In this document: positions 29,647 to 38,585 of the stretch, in pieces | Layout: the number at the start of each line of letters is the position of its first letter | Position numbering within the stretch: position 1 is the stretch's first letter | IMG/VR virus record: IMGVR_UViG_3300022864_000001 | Location: 52,029 to 116,028 of that record | Reading direction: 5' to 3' (one strand) | Source: a virus | DNA length: 64,000 bases | Notes under the pieces: generated by a model | What the model was told of the DNA's origin: nothing | Database searches by the model: none | The model's input: only the letters and a program-made list of their open reading frames with translations | Translations under genes and position numbers: made by a program

Positions 29647-29718
29647 TAGGGCAGGGCGGACTTGAACCGCCGACCGCGCCCTTATCAGAGGCGTGCTCTA
29701 CCGCTGAGCTACTACCCT
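29647..29718 (-). tRNA. tRNA-Ile(GAT)
   Basis: AGGGTAG TAGCTCAGCGGTAGAGC A CGCCT CTGATAA GGGCG ... GGCGG TTCAAGT CCGCC CTGCCCT A; no encoded CCA. Confidence 0.9.
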
Positions 29719-29725
29719 CGGTAAA

Positions 29726-29797
29726 CAGGCCAGACAGGATTCGAACCTGCATCCCGCGGTTTTGGAGACCGCTGCTCCGCCGTTGAGCTACTGGCCT
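29726..29797 (-). tRNA. tRNA-Trp(CCA)
   Basis: AGGCCAG...GCGGT CTCCAAA ACCGC...GCAGG TTCGAAT CCTGT CTGGCCT G. Confidence 0.92.
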
Positions 29798-29814
29798 AGC
29801 GCCATTGATGGCAA

Positions 29815-29889
29815 AGCCGAGAGCGAGATTTGAACTCGCGGCCTGCAGGCTACAAAGCTGCTGCTCTTGCCAAACTGAGCTATCTCGGC
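29815..29889 (-). tRNA. tRNA-Thr(TGT) with a C31-C39 mismatch
   Basis: GCCGAGA...GCAGC TTTGTAG CCTGC...GCGAG TTCAAAT CTCGC TCTCGGC T. Confidence 0.82.
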
Positions 29890-29892
29890 ACG

Positions 29893-29921
29893 ATTATACC
29901 TAAGAAAGTGATATATGTCAA
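29893..29921 (-). promoter_or_regulatory. Consensus sigma70 promoter for the tRNA cluster
   Basis: TTGACA-N17-TATAAT ending a few nt before tRNA-Thr. Confidence 0.8.
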
Positions 29922-29923
29922 AT

Positions 29924-30775
29924 CTACCAGTCCTCGAAATCGAGTCGCTTGAGCCAGTTGTCGGGGTCGGTCTCTTGGAAAAGCCTCACATGCTCTGGCG
30001 TAAAGACATCCCGCCACCCACCTACCAGCCCCTTACGAAATGTCGGGGACTTCTTCGTGTCCTGCCCAGAAGCAACCATCGCCGTTACGACACGATCCAT
30101 CGTCTTGTCATCAATCTTGGGCGGTGCGACTTCCATACAGCCCGCCAGGCGCTTCATGCCGTATTCTACGATGCGTTGTGCTGTCTCTGCCGGATGTAAC
30201 CGAGCGTCTTTGTACCGAACTGAGCAAACCCAGTCTTGGTCTAACCACGGCGCGTACAGTTCCCAACGCTCCATCACGCCAGGATAATATACAGGGCCAT
30301 ACTTGCTATCATCCACCTGAAGTCCAGTGATAACTGCTGACAACGCTTCGTTGAAGCCGCCAAGTCTTCGGTACGCCGCTTTGTCTAGGTGTCTGTCCTG
30401 CTCGCGTTTGCTGAGAATATGGTGCGTCTGCGACACGGCCACGTCTCTGAGGTCGCGGTAGATGAATGTCATGGCCAAACCAGCATAGTCCAATATGGCA
30501 CTTATTTCCGTGTTGTACCCACAGTGCCCGAAGTGGTAGTATCCAGGTCTCGTTTGGCATAGCGCATAGGTCACGTATCTTACGTTGTGCCAGTCGTTCG
30601 TCCAGGCGTGATAGGCGAATGAGCTGATCATCGTGCCCAACTTGGCGTACCGGCGAGCTGGCATCATGCGCGCGAAGGGCTGCAACATGGATTTGACCAA
30701 GTGAAGTCCGGCTTTGGGAAAACCGTTGCAGTACCAGCTCGGAGCTAAAATTGTCTCCGGTGGTGTGTCGGCCAT
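29924..30775 (-). CDS. PAPS-dependent sulfotransferase
   Basis: GFPKAGLH (5'-PSB), YRDLRDVAVS (3'-PB), FRKGLVGGW. Confidence 0.88.
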   Translation of the reverse strand: MADTPPETILAPSWYCNGFPKAGLHLVKSMLQPFARMMPARRYAKLGTMISSFAYHAWTNDWHNVRYVTYALCQTRPGYYHFGHCGYNTEISAILDYAGLAMTFIYRDLRDVAVSQTHHILSKREQDRHLDKAAYRRLGGFNEALSAVITGLQVDDSKYGPVYYPGVMERWELYAPWLDQDWVCSVRYKDARLHPAETAQRIVEYGMKRLAGCMEVAPPKIDDKTMDRVVTAMVASGQDTKKSPTFRKGLVGGWRDVFTPEHVRLFQETDPDNWLKRLDFEDW

Positions 30776-30795
30776 GCCGCGCATTTCGACGGATT

Positions 30796-31140
30796 TCAAA
30801 GGGCTGCCTCTAACCGCTGCCATAGCTCCATTGCGCTTGCGATGATACTCCGGATCGCCGTCACAGTTTCCAACCACCCCTCAAATTCGGGTTCAGCAGG
30901 CATGGTGTCCATATAGTATTCGATCGCGGCAACAGGGTCTGGCGGCGGAATGCTATGATGCTTCTCTTCGTAGGCATCTAATAGAATGGTAAGCACCTCA
31001 AGTCTGTCGGCATCAGGCGCGTCGGCCTTCGTCTCCCACAGCTCGTCGATCTGAGCCATGGCCCAGTCATAGTCCTCTTTAGTCTTGATTGGCCTAACGT
31101 CCACAGCCACCCCTAAGCAGTTATTTGATTTGTTTCCCAT
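30796..31140 (-). CDS. HigA-like antitoxin N-terminal domain lacking the HTH
   Basis: VRPIKTKEDYDWAMAQIDELW...PDADRLEVLTILLDAYEEKHHSIPPPDPVAAIEYYMD, then unrelated sequence. Confidence 0.75.
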   Translation of the reverse strand: MGNKSNNCLGVAVDVRPIKTKEDYDWAMAQIDELWETKADAPDADRLEVLTILLDAYEEKHHSIPPPDPVAAIEYYMDTMPAEPEFEGWLETVTAIRSIIASAMELWQRLEAAL

Positions 31141-31145
31141 GTCTC

Positions 31146-31275
31146 ACCTCTTGTTTGAAACTATCTCTTGGTTTGGAAGGGGCGGGCAGCGAGCCAAGAG
31201 GTTCTCGCGTTTAGCCGTCGCCTAGCCCGCCCCGTATTTTCTAACTCATTATACTTATGTTCGTAATTCTGTCAA
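31146..31275 (-). promoter_or_regulatory. Promoter plus structured 5' leader of the higA-like gene
   Basis: TTGACA-N16-TATAAT (31275..31248); stem GGGGCGGGC/GCCCGCCCC; internal ACCTCTTG complementary to the SD region CAAGAGGT. Confidence 0.65.
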
Positions 31276-31291
31276 ATCGAGCAAGCTAGAC

Positions 31292-33820
31292 TCACCCACG
31301 CAGTACGCCCGCGTAGACGAAATCCACGTCTGCAGATTTTGACGTAGTAGTCGTTGAGTTGACCACTACTGTAGCGAAGAGATTCACGTCAGGCGAAACG
31401 CCCACGTCTCCCGTCAGCGTGCCCTCAAGCACTCCGTCTATGAAGAATTTTATTTCTGAGCCGTCTGCAGAAACCTCGATCCTCAAGAGATTAAACACGT
31501 CAGCCACTGGCGCGGTACCCGTAGTCGCGTTGCCTGCGTCTTGCACTGTACTATCAACTGCGCACATAAAAAATTGATCGACGGTCGAATCCGTGTCATA
31601 TGTGAAGCAAGCTGCGTCATTGGCGACAGCGGTTACGGTTCCCGCGGCGATTGTGAACGGCTCTTCCAGTGCGGTAGAGTCGGTAAACCCTGCATTCACA
31701 GAGATGTCCGTGATGGCGGTGTCGATATTCAGCCTAGTTTCAAAGACCAGTCCGCCGTTATCGGCCTGCATCGGGATATGGCATACTATTTGCGAAGCAT
31801 CAGCAGCCGTTACGCCAGAAGCATCACCAGTTGTTAGCCGGATAACGCCGTTCTCCTGTGTAGCGAGAATCGCGGCGTCAATAGCCTCGGTATCCGTACC
31901 AGCATTGAGTATCCACGGCGTGTCGTTTTCGGTAATCGCTTGATACAGGAAGTCGTCGAATATCTCGAAGTACGTCTCGTGCTTCTGCCCTAGTTCCATA
32001 TCCACCGGCACACCGAACTCAACTTCCTCAAAGTCATTTAGTGTATTGACGGTGATATAGTCGTTGGTCGCTTCCTGGATGTCCAGGGCCGTTGCTACGT
32101 TGTCAGATAGTGCGACGATCAACGACTGTCCTGCTACTGCGTCGATAGTGCCGTCGCCGGTACCAGGTTGGTCAGAGAAAGTCGTAGTGCCATTGAGCGT
32201 GATGCTCCCTACTGTGCCAGCACCTACGCCGGTAGCGCCTGCGGTTATGACGATTTCACCAGCAGCGCCCGCGGTTGCTCCAGCGGTTCCGCCTGTGATA
32301 GTAACGCCGCCGCCAGCAGCAGTGCCCGAAGCAGGCGTGCCGCCGTCAATTGTAACAGCGCCACCAGCCCCAGCTGCTCCGCCAGCTCCACCGTCGATGT
32401 CGATTGCGCCACCGGCGTTCGCTCCGTCGCCAGCGCCGCCTGTGACTGCTACCGCGCCGCCAACGTCTGCCGCGCCTGCTCCGCCATCGATGTCGATAGC
32501 CCCGCCTGCGCCTGCTGTAGCGGATGCTCCGCCTACGATGGTAACGTCTCCGCCGATGCCAGCCGTTGCTCCGGCTGCGCCGCCTGCGACACTGACGTCT
32601 CCGCCAGCGGCAGTGGCAGTCCCGACACCGCCAACGATGTCTACGGCCCCACCTGCGCCATCAGCCCCGCCGATCCCGCCATTTATCGCTACTGGGCCGC
32701 CAGCTCCGGCTGCCCCGCCAGTTCCACCGTCGACGTCGATTGTGCCACCAGCGAAGGCGCCGTTTCCTGCGCCGCCCATGATTTCTACGTTACCACCGAG
32801 GGCTCCGGTTCCTGCCCCGCCGTCGATGTCTACAGCCCCACCAGCGCCTGCTGTAGCTGACGCTCCGCCGACGACGTTTACGTCGCCGCCGACGCCCGCT
32901 GTCCCAGCCGCGCCGCCCGCGATATCGACAGCGCCGCCATTAGCGGCAGTATTGCCTATACCGCCGGTGACTGTAACTGGGCCACCAGCCCCATTTACTC
33001 CGCCAAGGCCGCCGTCGATGTCTATCGTACCACCGGCAAAAGCGGCATTTCCTGCGCCGCCTGTGAGCTCAACATTTCCGCCAACGGCAGCTGCTCCAGC
33101 GCCAGCATTAATGTCCACGTCCCCACCGGCGCCTGCGGTATCCCCTGCACCGCCAATGATGTTTACGTCACCACCATCGCCGGCGGTTGTAGCATCAGTG
33201 CTTTGTAGCCCAAGGTCTTCTCCCTCTACTGTGACGATAGAGCCTGCACCCGTTCCCGCTGCGTCTGAAAGCGTCAGGCCCGCGTTTGCCGTGATGCCAC
33301 CACTAGCATGGAGTATCATCGTTGGCAAAGTAGCATGGCTTGCAAGGGTAATCATATCCTCGTAAGTTGTTACGCCAACGTCGTAAGCCTGCAAGTTCAG
33401 AGCATCGCCAGCCACAAGGCCGCAGCGGATGTCGATGTCGTTGCTGCTTCCTACTAGGGCGATGTCGTCACCAGAACTTCCCAACGTCATATAGTTATCC
33501 GCGTTGGCATCATAGATGATGATTTGCGGATACGTGGCGGCTGCCAACGCTTTGTCGGCAGTCATGTCAGCCTTTTCCAGGACGATTAGCGTATTACTGG
33601 CCCCAAGGCCCAAAAGCAAGGCGTCCTGTGTTTGGTTAGTATCCCATTCAAGCGCGCAATCAGTGCCTGTACCGATGATAAGCTGGGTGTCGTCTATGAA
33701 AGTCACGCTACCCTGAAAATCTACAGTACCACCCGATTGCACCTCAATTTCTCCGCCGGAGGCTATAACTAACTTGTCGCCTCCCGTTTCCAAATATACA
33801 GTCGTATTATATTGACTCAT
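31292..33820 (-). CDS. Gly-rich head fibre / capsid decoration protein (842 aa)
   Basis: About 20 tandem ~17-aa GGxVxIxGGxG repeats; C-terminal FDDF... lectin-like beta-sandwich; two genes after the capsid. Confidence 0.7.
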   Translation of the reverse strand: MSQYNTTVYLETGGDKLVIASGGEIEVQSGGTVDFQGSVTFIDDTQLIIGTGTDCALEWDTNQTQDALLLGLGASNTLIVLEKADMTADKALAAATYPQIIIYDANADNYMTLGSSGDDIALVGSSNDIDIRCGLVAGDALNLQAYDVGVTTYEDMITLASHATLPTMILHASGGITANAGLTLSDAAGTGAGSIVTVEGEDLGLQSTDATTAGDGGDVNIIGGAGDTAGAGGDVDINAGAGAAAVGGNVELTGGAGNAAFAGGTIDIDGGLGGVNGAGGPVTVTGGIGNTAANGGAVDIAGGAAGTAGVGGDVNVVGGASATAGAGGAVDIDGGAGTGALGGNVEIMGGAGNGAFAGGTIDVDGGTGGAAGAGGPVAINGGIGGADGAGGAVDIVGGVGTATAAGGDVSVAGGAAGATAGIGGDVTIVGGASATAGAGGAIDIDGGAGAADVGGAVAVTGGAGDGANAGGAIDIDGGAGGAAGAGGAVTIDGGTPASGTAAGGGVTITGGTAGATAGAAGEIVITAGATGVGAGTVGSITLNGTTTFSDQPGTGDGTIDAVAGQSLIVALSDNVATALDIQEATNDYITVNTLNDFEEVEFGVPVDMELGQKHETYFEIFDDFLYQAITENDTPWILNAGTDTEAIDAAILATQENGVIRLTTGDASGVTAADASQIVCHIPMQADNGGLVFETRLNIDTAITDISVNAGFTDSTALEEPFTIAAGTVTAVANDAACFTYDTDSTVDQFFMCAVDSTVQDAGNATTGTAPVADVFNLLRIEVSADGSEIKFFIDGVLEGTLTGDVGVSPDVNLFATVVVNSTTTTSKSADVDFVYAGVLRG

Positions 33821-33911
33821 ATTTCACCCCTAAGTCTAAGGGGCATCTTCATACCCCCCATTATTCTGTTGTAAGCCGGGGGCGAACAGAAGCCCGCCCC
33901 CAGCCCAAGGT

Positions 33912-34358
33912 CTATCCCACGAGTAGCACTGAGTTTCCAGATGGGAACGTGCCCGGTTGCGTTACGGGCAGGGTCTTGGCGTTCCATCCATAGAACACCA
34001 CACACCCATAGTCGTTAGCACCAGCAACGCCAGTGACATCCAGAGTCACATAGTCAAAGCCGTCACTGAGCCGCTCTGTAGCGAACTCAAGGACGAACAC
34101 CTGATCGTCGTCGTCGGCCGCGATGACATCTGTCGCCCCAGTCAAGTCTTTGATGCTCGCTGTTTCGGTAGCATCAGTATCCTGCTCAACCTGTAGTGTC
34201 AACGCGCTATCCAATGCTCCCAAGTAAACAACAAAGGCGCAGTGGGTATAGTTACCCACATAGATATACGACGCGCTAAGCGGATAGTGCTGGTTGACCA
34301 GCGTATCCTCAGTATTAAGCAGGAGCGTGTACATGTGTCTGTACCAGTTTTGTCGCAT
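33912..34358 (-). CDS. Capsid-associated (decoration/cement) protein
   Basis: 148 aa, beta-rich, immediately after the major capsid gene; ends PVTQ. Confidence 0.65.
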   Translation of the reverse strand: MRQNWYRHMYTLLLNTEDTLVNQHYPLSASYIYVGNYTHCAFVVYLGALDSALTLQVEQDTDATETASIKDLTGATDVIAADDDDQVFVLEFATERLSDGFDYVTLDVTGVAGANDYGCVVFYGWNAKTLPVTQPGTFPSGNSVLLVG

Positions 34359-34397
34359 TTTCTTATCTCCTCAACAGACATTCCTGTCTGTTATATT

Positions 34398-35825
34398 CTA
34401 GGCACTAACTTTTTGGACTGCCAGTTTGTACGTCTCAACCAACTGCCCACCAAGCCTGCGCCGCATTACGAACTTGACCGTGTTCAACTCAGCCTCTGTA
34501 CCACCCAGGAAGCGCTCGACAGTCATGCCCACGCGGTCGGCGATGTAGTACGCACTGAAATCGCCAAACAGGATGGGATATGCATCAGCAGCGATGCTCG
34601 GCATACCTTCTTGCATGTACACGGGATAGCCAAGCAGCATAAGCGGTTGTCCTGCTTGCTGGTCGGGTTCCCAGAGGTAGTTGCCCGCGCCATCCTTCAT
34701 CGTGCGGATCTCCTCAACAGTCGCCCGTTCCATAAGCCATCTGGCCCTGGGCAGATACTGCGACGCGATAGCATAAACCATTCCGATCAGGCCGTGCTTG
34801 GTAACCGCAGCGCCTGCGCCGTCCCACGTTAGGGCGTTGGCATTGCCAGTATCCTCTTCAGTCAGCCCCCCGACGTTAGCACTGCCAGGCAGGATGCCCA
34901 AGGGGCTCGCGCCACCAGCGCTCGTCAAGAATCTGTTGTCCTCATCAATCCCCGCCGCCTCTGCATACTTCGTCGCCAAGAAGTCCTCAACGTCGAAGAA
35001 GGCATCCTCAAGCATGTTCCGAGAGATTGGCGTAGTTGCCATAACCGTATGAATGGCAATGTTTTCCATGCCAAACGTCAGGTTCGTTTCTGATTGGCCC
35101 GCCGTGGGCGTCTCGTCAACCCATGTTACTCGGACAGCGGACGTATACTGGTCATCACCCCCAGTACCTACAGGGATGCTAACCATGTCGCGGCTGGTCG
35201 TCAGCTTGAATGCCCACGGGCGGATCATCGTAAATCCTGGCATACGCTCGATGACGCGGGAGTTGAAGTCTATTGGGACGGCGTAGCCGCCTAGCACATC
35301 ACTCCCCTCGACCATCGTAGCTTTTAGGACCTTGACGTCATAGATGCCCTGGGCCAACGCGTCCTTGATAGCCGCGGGCGTATAGACGATGTTGCGCATT
35401 GCTTTGCGCTCAATCGAGTCCATATCGTCCAGCCCAACACGCAAGTACTTGTTGAACGCTGCTTTCTGGGCCCAGTATTTCCCTACATAATCGTGGCCGT
35501 GAAGATTGGTCAGGAGGGACTTGACCATATTGTCGGTATCCCCGAATTTGGTTACATAAGCAGCCTTATGCACCATCTGTGCTGGTGTCTCAGTCGGCTC
35601 TACTGGATCGGGTGTCGGCAGATTGCCCCCACCCATCATCGGCAGTGGCGGGCGTACGGGTTCAGGTGTAGCCGCCTTGATATTGTCTACTTTCTGCATT
35701 TCCTCAATGGCCTCGGCAGTGCCCTCAGCTTCCTCGCGGAGCCTGCGACCGTTTTCCAAGTCGCCGTCCTCCAGGGCCTTGTGCGCTTCAATCTTGAGAG
35801 ATGCAAGTTTCTCTTGCAGATTCAT
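34398..35825 (-). CDS. Major capsid protein (HK97 fold)
   Basis: Coiled-coil delta domain; GGYAVP, WVDE, ISRNMLED, P.GIL, KDGAGNYLW, LLGYPV, ILFGDFS.Y.IADR. Confidence 0.95.
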   Translation of the reverse strand: MNLQEKLASLKIEAHKALEDGDLENGRRLREEAEGTAEAIEEMQKVDNIKAATPEPVRPPLPMMGGGNLPTPDPVEPTETPAQMVHKAAYVTKFGDTDNMVKSLLTNLHGHDYVGKYWAQKAAFNKYLRVGLDDMDSIERKAMRNIVYTPAAIKDALAQGIYDVKVLKATMVEGSDVLGGYAVPIDFNSRVIERMPGFTMIRPWAFKLTTSRDMVSIPVGTGGDDQYTSAVRVTWVDETPTAGQSETNLTFGMENIAIHTVMATTPISRNMLEDAFFDVEDFLATKYAEAAGIDEDNRFLTSAGGASPLGILPGSANVGGLTEEDTGNANALTWDGAGAAVTKHGLIGMVYAIASQYLPRARWLMERATVEEIRTMKDGAGNYLWEPDQQAGQPLMLLGYPVYMQEGMPSIAADAYPILFGDFSAYYIADRVGMTVERFLGGTEAELNTVKFVMRRRLGGQLVETYKLAVQKVSA

Positions 35826-35827
35826 AA

Positions 35828-36856
35828 CTATCCTCCTACTTCTAGGTCTAACAAGGCCAGCCGTTCGCGTTCCACAGCGATTTCCCATTGGCGCGCTTCT
35901 TCATCAGCGCCTTCGCCATCGTCAATCTCTGGGAACTCCAATCCGGCAGCCTTGTAAACTGCTTTCAATTCTGATACTGGGCGCTCCAGCATCCGATATT
36001 CCATGGGGGTTTGCGTCATAGAAACATCTACGATGCACCACTGTTCTAGCCACCCATCTTTCGCAACCTTTCGATGCCCAGAAAGACATCCCGTACTCGT
36101 GTGCAGGCTGCCTTCCGCAATCATGGCCGCGATGGCCGCGCGGTACTCATTGCCTTTCTTCATCTCGGCTTCGTACCACAAGCCCACGTCGTCAACTAGC
36201 ATGATGTCTACTAGGCCCACGACGCTGGCCTTCATTGTCTCATCCGCCCCGTGGTGGTAAAACAGTGGCAACTTGCCCACGGCATCGTATACATTCAGCA
36301 TCTCGCCAGTTTTGTCCGTGAAGTATTCCTTAACCAAATCCCTGCGGTCTGGCCCACCCCAAAGAGCAGCGTAAGCACCGAGGCGGTGTTGGCCTAATGC
36401 CTTGATCGCCAATCCAACAGGGGCGCCGCAGTTGCCCTTGGGGATTACGGTCTTGGTTTGAGCCTTCACTACATCAGCGCTGCTACTCGGCGCGCCCTTT
36501 GCCGCAACAGTTGGTTCAATCGCTTCACCGCCTATATGCTCACCAACGCTAGGCGCGTCGGGAATAGCCTTCGTTACTTCTACCCATTCGCGTTCGACTT
36601 CTGGGCGTTCCACTTCAACCCACTCGTCTTCATCAGCGAATGTCATTCCCCCACCAGCCTGGGTAAAGGGGACCTTGAAGTTCTTCGTTCTTTCCACGAT
36701 TACGTGCTCGTCCCACACTTCTCTTACCCATACACCTTCTGCCCCAGACCAATACGCTTCCTCCTCGCCGCTCACTGTGTAGAACTGCTGCCGGATCCGC
36801 GAGGTCAGCTCGTCCAGGTTTTCAGCCTTGTTCAAATCAATTATTTCTTCACTCAT
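35828..36856 (-). CDS. Prohead maturation protease
   Basis: YAALWG, D...EYF, LFYHH, VG, DDVGLWYEA, STG, SMTQTPME. Confidence 0.8.
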   Translation of the reverse strand: MSEEIIDLNKAENLDELTSRIRQQFYTVSGEEEAYWSGAEGVWVREVWDEHVIVERTKNFKVPFTQAGGGMTFADEDEWVEVERPEVEREWVEVTKAIPDAPSVGEHIGGEAIEPTVAAKGAPSSSADVVKAQTKTVIPKGNCGAPVGLAIKALGQHRLGAYAALWGGPDRRDLVKEYFTDKTGEMLNVYDAVGKLPLFYHHGADETMKASVVGLVDIMLVDDVGLWYEAEMKKGNEYRAAIAAMIAEGSLHTSTGCLSGHRKVAKDGWLEQWCIVDVSMTQTPMEYRMLERPVSELKAVYKAAGLEFPEIDDGEGADEEARQWEIAVERERLALLDLEVGG

Positions 36857-37008
36857 ATCTTTACCTTCCTTATTGTCCAGCCAGAAAAGTCTTTGTACAA
36901 AGAGAAAGCGCCCATGCATCGTGGACACGTTGGTCCAAACACATGGGCGCAAGGGGCGCAGCTTATTCGTATTATGTGACCATTTCGCGAATAGTCGGTT
37001 TCTTATTC

Positions 37009-37239
37009 TTATAGATGCATGTTACACAACGCCGCCAACCGTGACAACGCACGTTCGTCCATTAACCCAAAGTCTATAGCTAGGCGCACCAGATGAGCCA
37101 AGCCCAAGATATTCGTATGCTTTTGGCCGTGATGCCTTGACGTGATGCTGATGCGTCCCCCAGGCAGCAAATAACCGCAGGGAAGAACACACCCTGAAGC
37201 GTGCGCACACGTCAACGGGATTCTTTCTTCGTTAGCCAT
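37009..37239 (-). CDS. Small Cys/His zinc-binding protein (Com-like position)
   Basis: LTC..SGC.LPCG...I.ITSRHHGQKH.N; precedes a structured leader of the head genes. Confidence 0.55.
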   Translation of the reverse strand: MANEERIPLTCAHASGCVLPCGYLLPGGRISITSRHHGQKHTNILGLAHLVRLAIDFGLMDERALSRLAALCNMHL

Positions 37240-37322
37240 GATAGCGTGGCGGGCGCCGCGGGCGTAGCGAGAGTAAAATGGCAATAATTATCGCTATGAC
37301 CAACAGCGCCCGCTCCCACATG

Positions 37323-37703
37323 CTAAAGCGTGAAAGCCCGGCTACCCATGACCGCCCGTTGGGCAACGGCCATATCGACCGCGTCTAGCGTTTCGACGAA
37401 GCGTCCCCATTGCTCCCAACAAAGGGCCAGGTACTTATCCTTGTTGATGAAGAAGCGCAGGAATCTAATTTCAGACAAGTAGTTATCCCAAAACGGCCCG
37501 GCAATGGCCCACACGTCCTCTTGGCTAACTTCCTGTAGGGCATCTTCAGCAAACTCCATGACGAGTTCTCGCACCCACACCCAGACGTCCGCGAGTAGGC
37601 CATCTTTGTGCTTCTTCGCGAGATATATGGCCAGCCCGGCTAGGACGACTACTACCTGCCAAATCTCACCGAGGTTCTCAATGATCCAATTCCACCATGC
37701 CAT
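37323..37703 (-). CDS. Membrane protein, possible holin
   Basis: N-terminal TM helix (IWQVVVVLAGLAIYLA) followed by KKHK. Confidence 0.5.
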   Translation of the reverse strand: MAWWNWIIENLGEIWQVVVVLAGLAIYLAKKHKDGLLADVWVWVRELVMEFAEDALQEVSQEDVWAIAGPFWDNYLSEIRFLRFFINKDKYLALCWEQWGRFVETLDAVDMAVAQRAVMGSRAFTL

Positions 37704-37735
37704 GCTCTTTCTCCTTTACTTTAGCAAATTCTATG

Positions 37736-38572
37736 CTATTCTGTTCCGCCTTGTGTCTGTACTGCGTCAAGCAGTATCCACCCCTTATGGTGGGGCAGCT
37801 TGCCGTTCTTTACGCTGCCCATGTGGCCGTTGTGAAGCCCGCGCCCTTGACACATGCGCTTGAGGTTCACGCCAGCGGGGATAATCTCGCCGGTATCCCT
37901 GTGGATGAACGCGGGGTATGGCTTAGCCATAGCCGCGCCTATTTTGAGCCTTGTCCCCTTCGTGAGATGTTTCCCCCAGTTGTGGTTAAGCTCGCCTGTC
38001 AGGGATGCGCCTATCTTCTGTTTGTGGCCTTCAGTAAGGATATGGCCTAGACAGTTTTGGTTGCCCATCTTACGCTCGCTCTGCTGGCGCTTAAATTCGC
38101 CAGTGTGCTTGTACCCCTTGCCGTTTTGATTGCCTAGGCCATATTGATTGCCCAGTAGAGATATGCTTATCTTTTGTTTGCTTTCCTCTGTGTGATTACG
38201 CCCTAACCAGTGTTGGTTGCCCATCTGTGAAGCACTCATTTTGAGCCTTGACTTTTCTGTATGCTTACGCCCCGCCATTGACGATTTGGCATTTTGTGCA
38301 GTATTGTAGCTTTTTCCCTCAGCAATGCGCCTGTCAATCCACTTTTGTTCTACTGCAACAAGCAAAGCAGGGTCTTCTACTACTTCCAGAATATGGAACT
38401 CAAATATATCCTCGCCGTCCTTGTCCCAGGCCGCTTGGAAGTCTACGCAATGGTGTCTCCCATTACGGAGCGTATAAAGATGCTGCTTCTGCCGTTGCTC
38501 AATGTTCCCCGAGCTTCCAGTATATGCATACCCGTCCAGCCCGTTCTCAAACTCGTAAACACCCTGTATCAT
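37736..38572 (-). CDS. GIY-YIG homing endonuclease with NUMOD3 repeats
   Basis: QGVY...YTGSSGNIEQR..QH; G.KHTEE.K.K.S repeats. Confidence 0.88.
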   Translation of the reverse strand: MIQGVYEFENGLDGYAYTGSSGNIEQRQKQHLYTLRNGRHHCVDFQAAWDKDGEDIFEFHILEVVEDPALLVAVEQKWIDRRIAEGKSYNTAQNAKSSMAGRKHTEKSRLKMSASQMGNQHWLGRNHTEESKQKISISLLGNQYGLGNQNGKGYKHTGEFKRQQSERKMGNQNCLGHILTEGHKQKIGASLTGELNHNWGKHLTKGTRLKIGAAMAKPYPAFIHRDTGEIIPAGVNLKRMCQGRGLHNGHMGSVKNGKLPHHKGWILLDAVQTQGGTE

Positions 38573-38585
38573 GCCACAATATACG

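Noticed and set aside
32064-33365. 433-aa Pro/Ala-rich plus-strand ORF
   Set aside because: Antisense shadow of the Gly-rich repeat gene; no SD or independent features.
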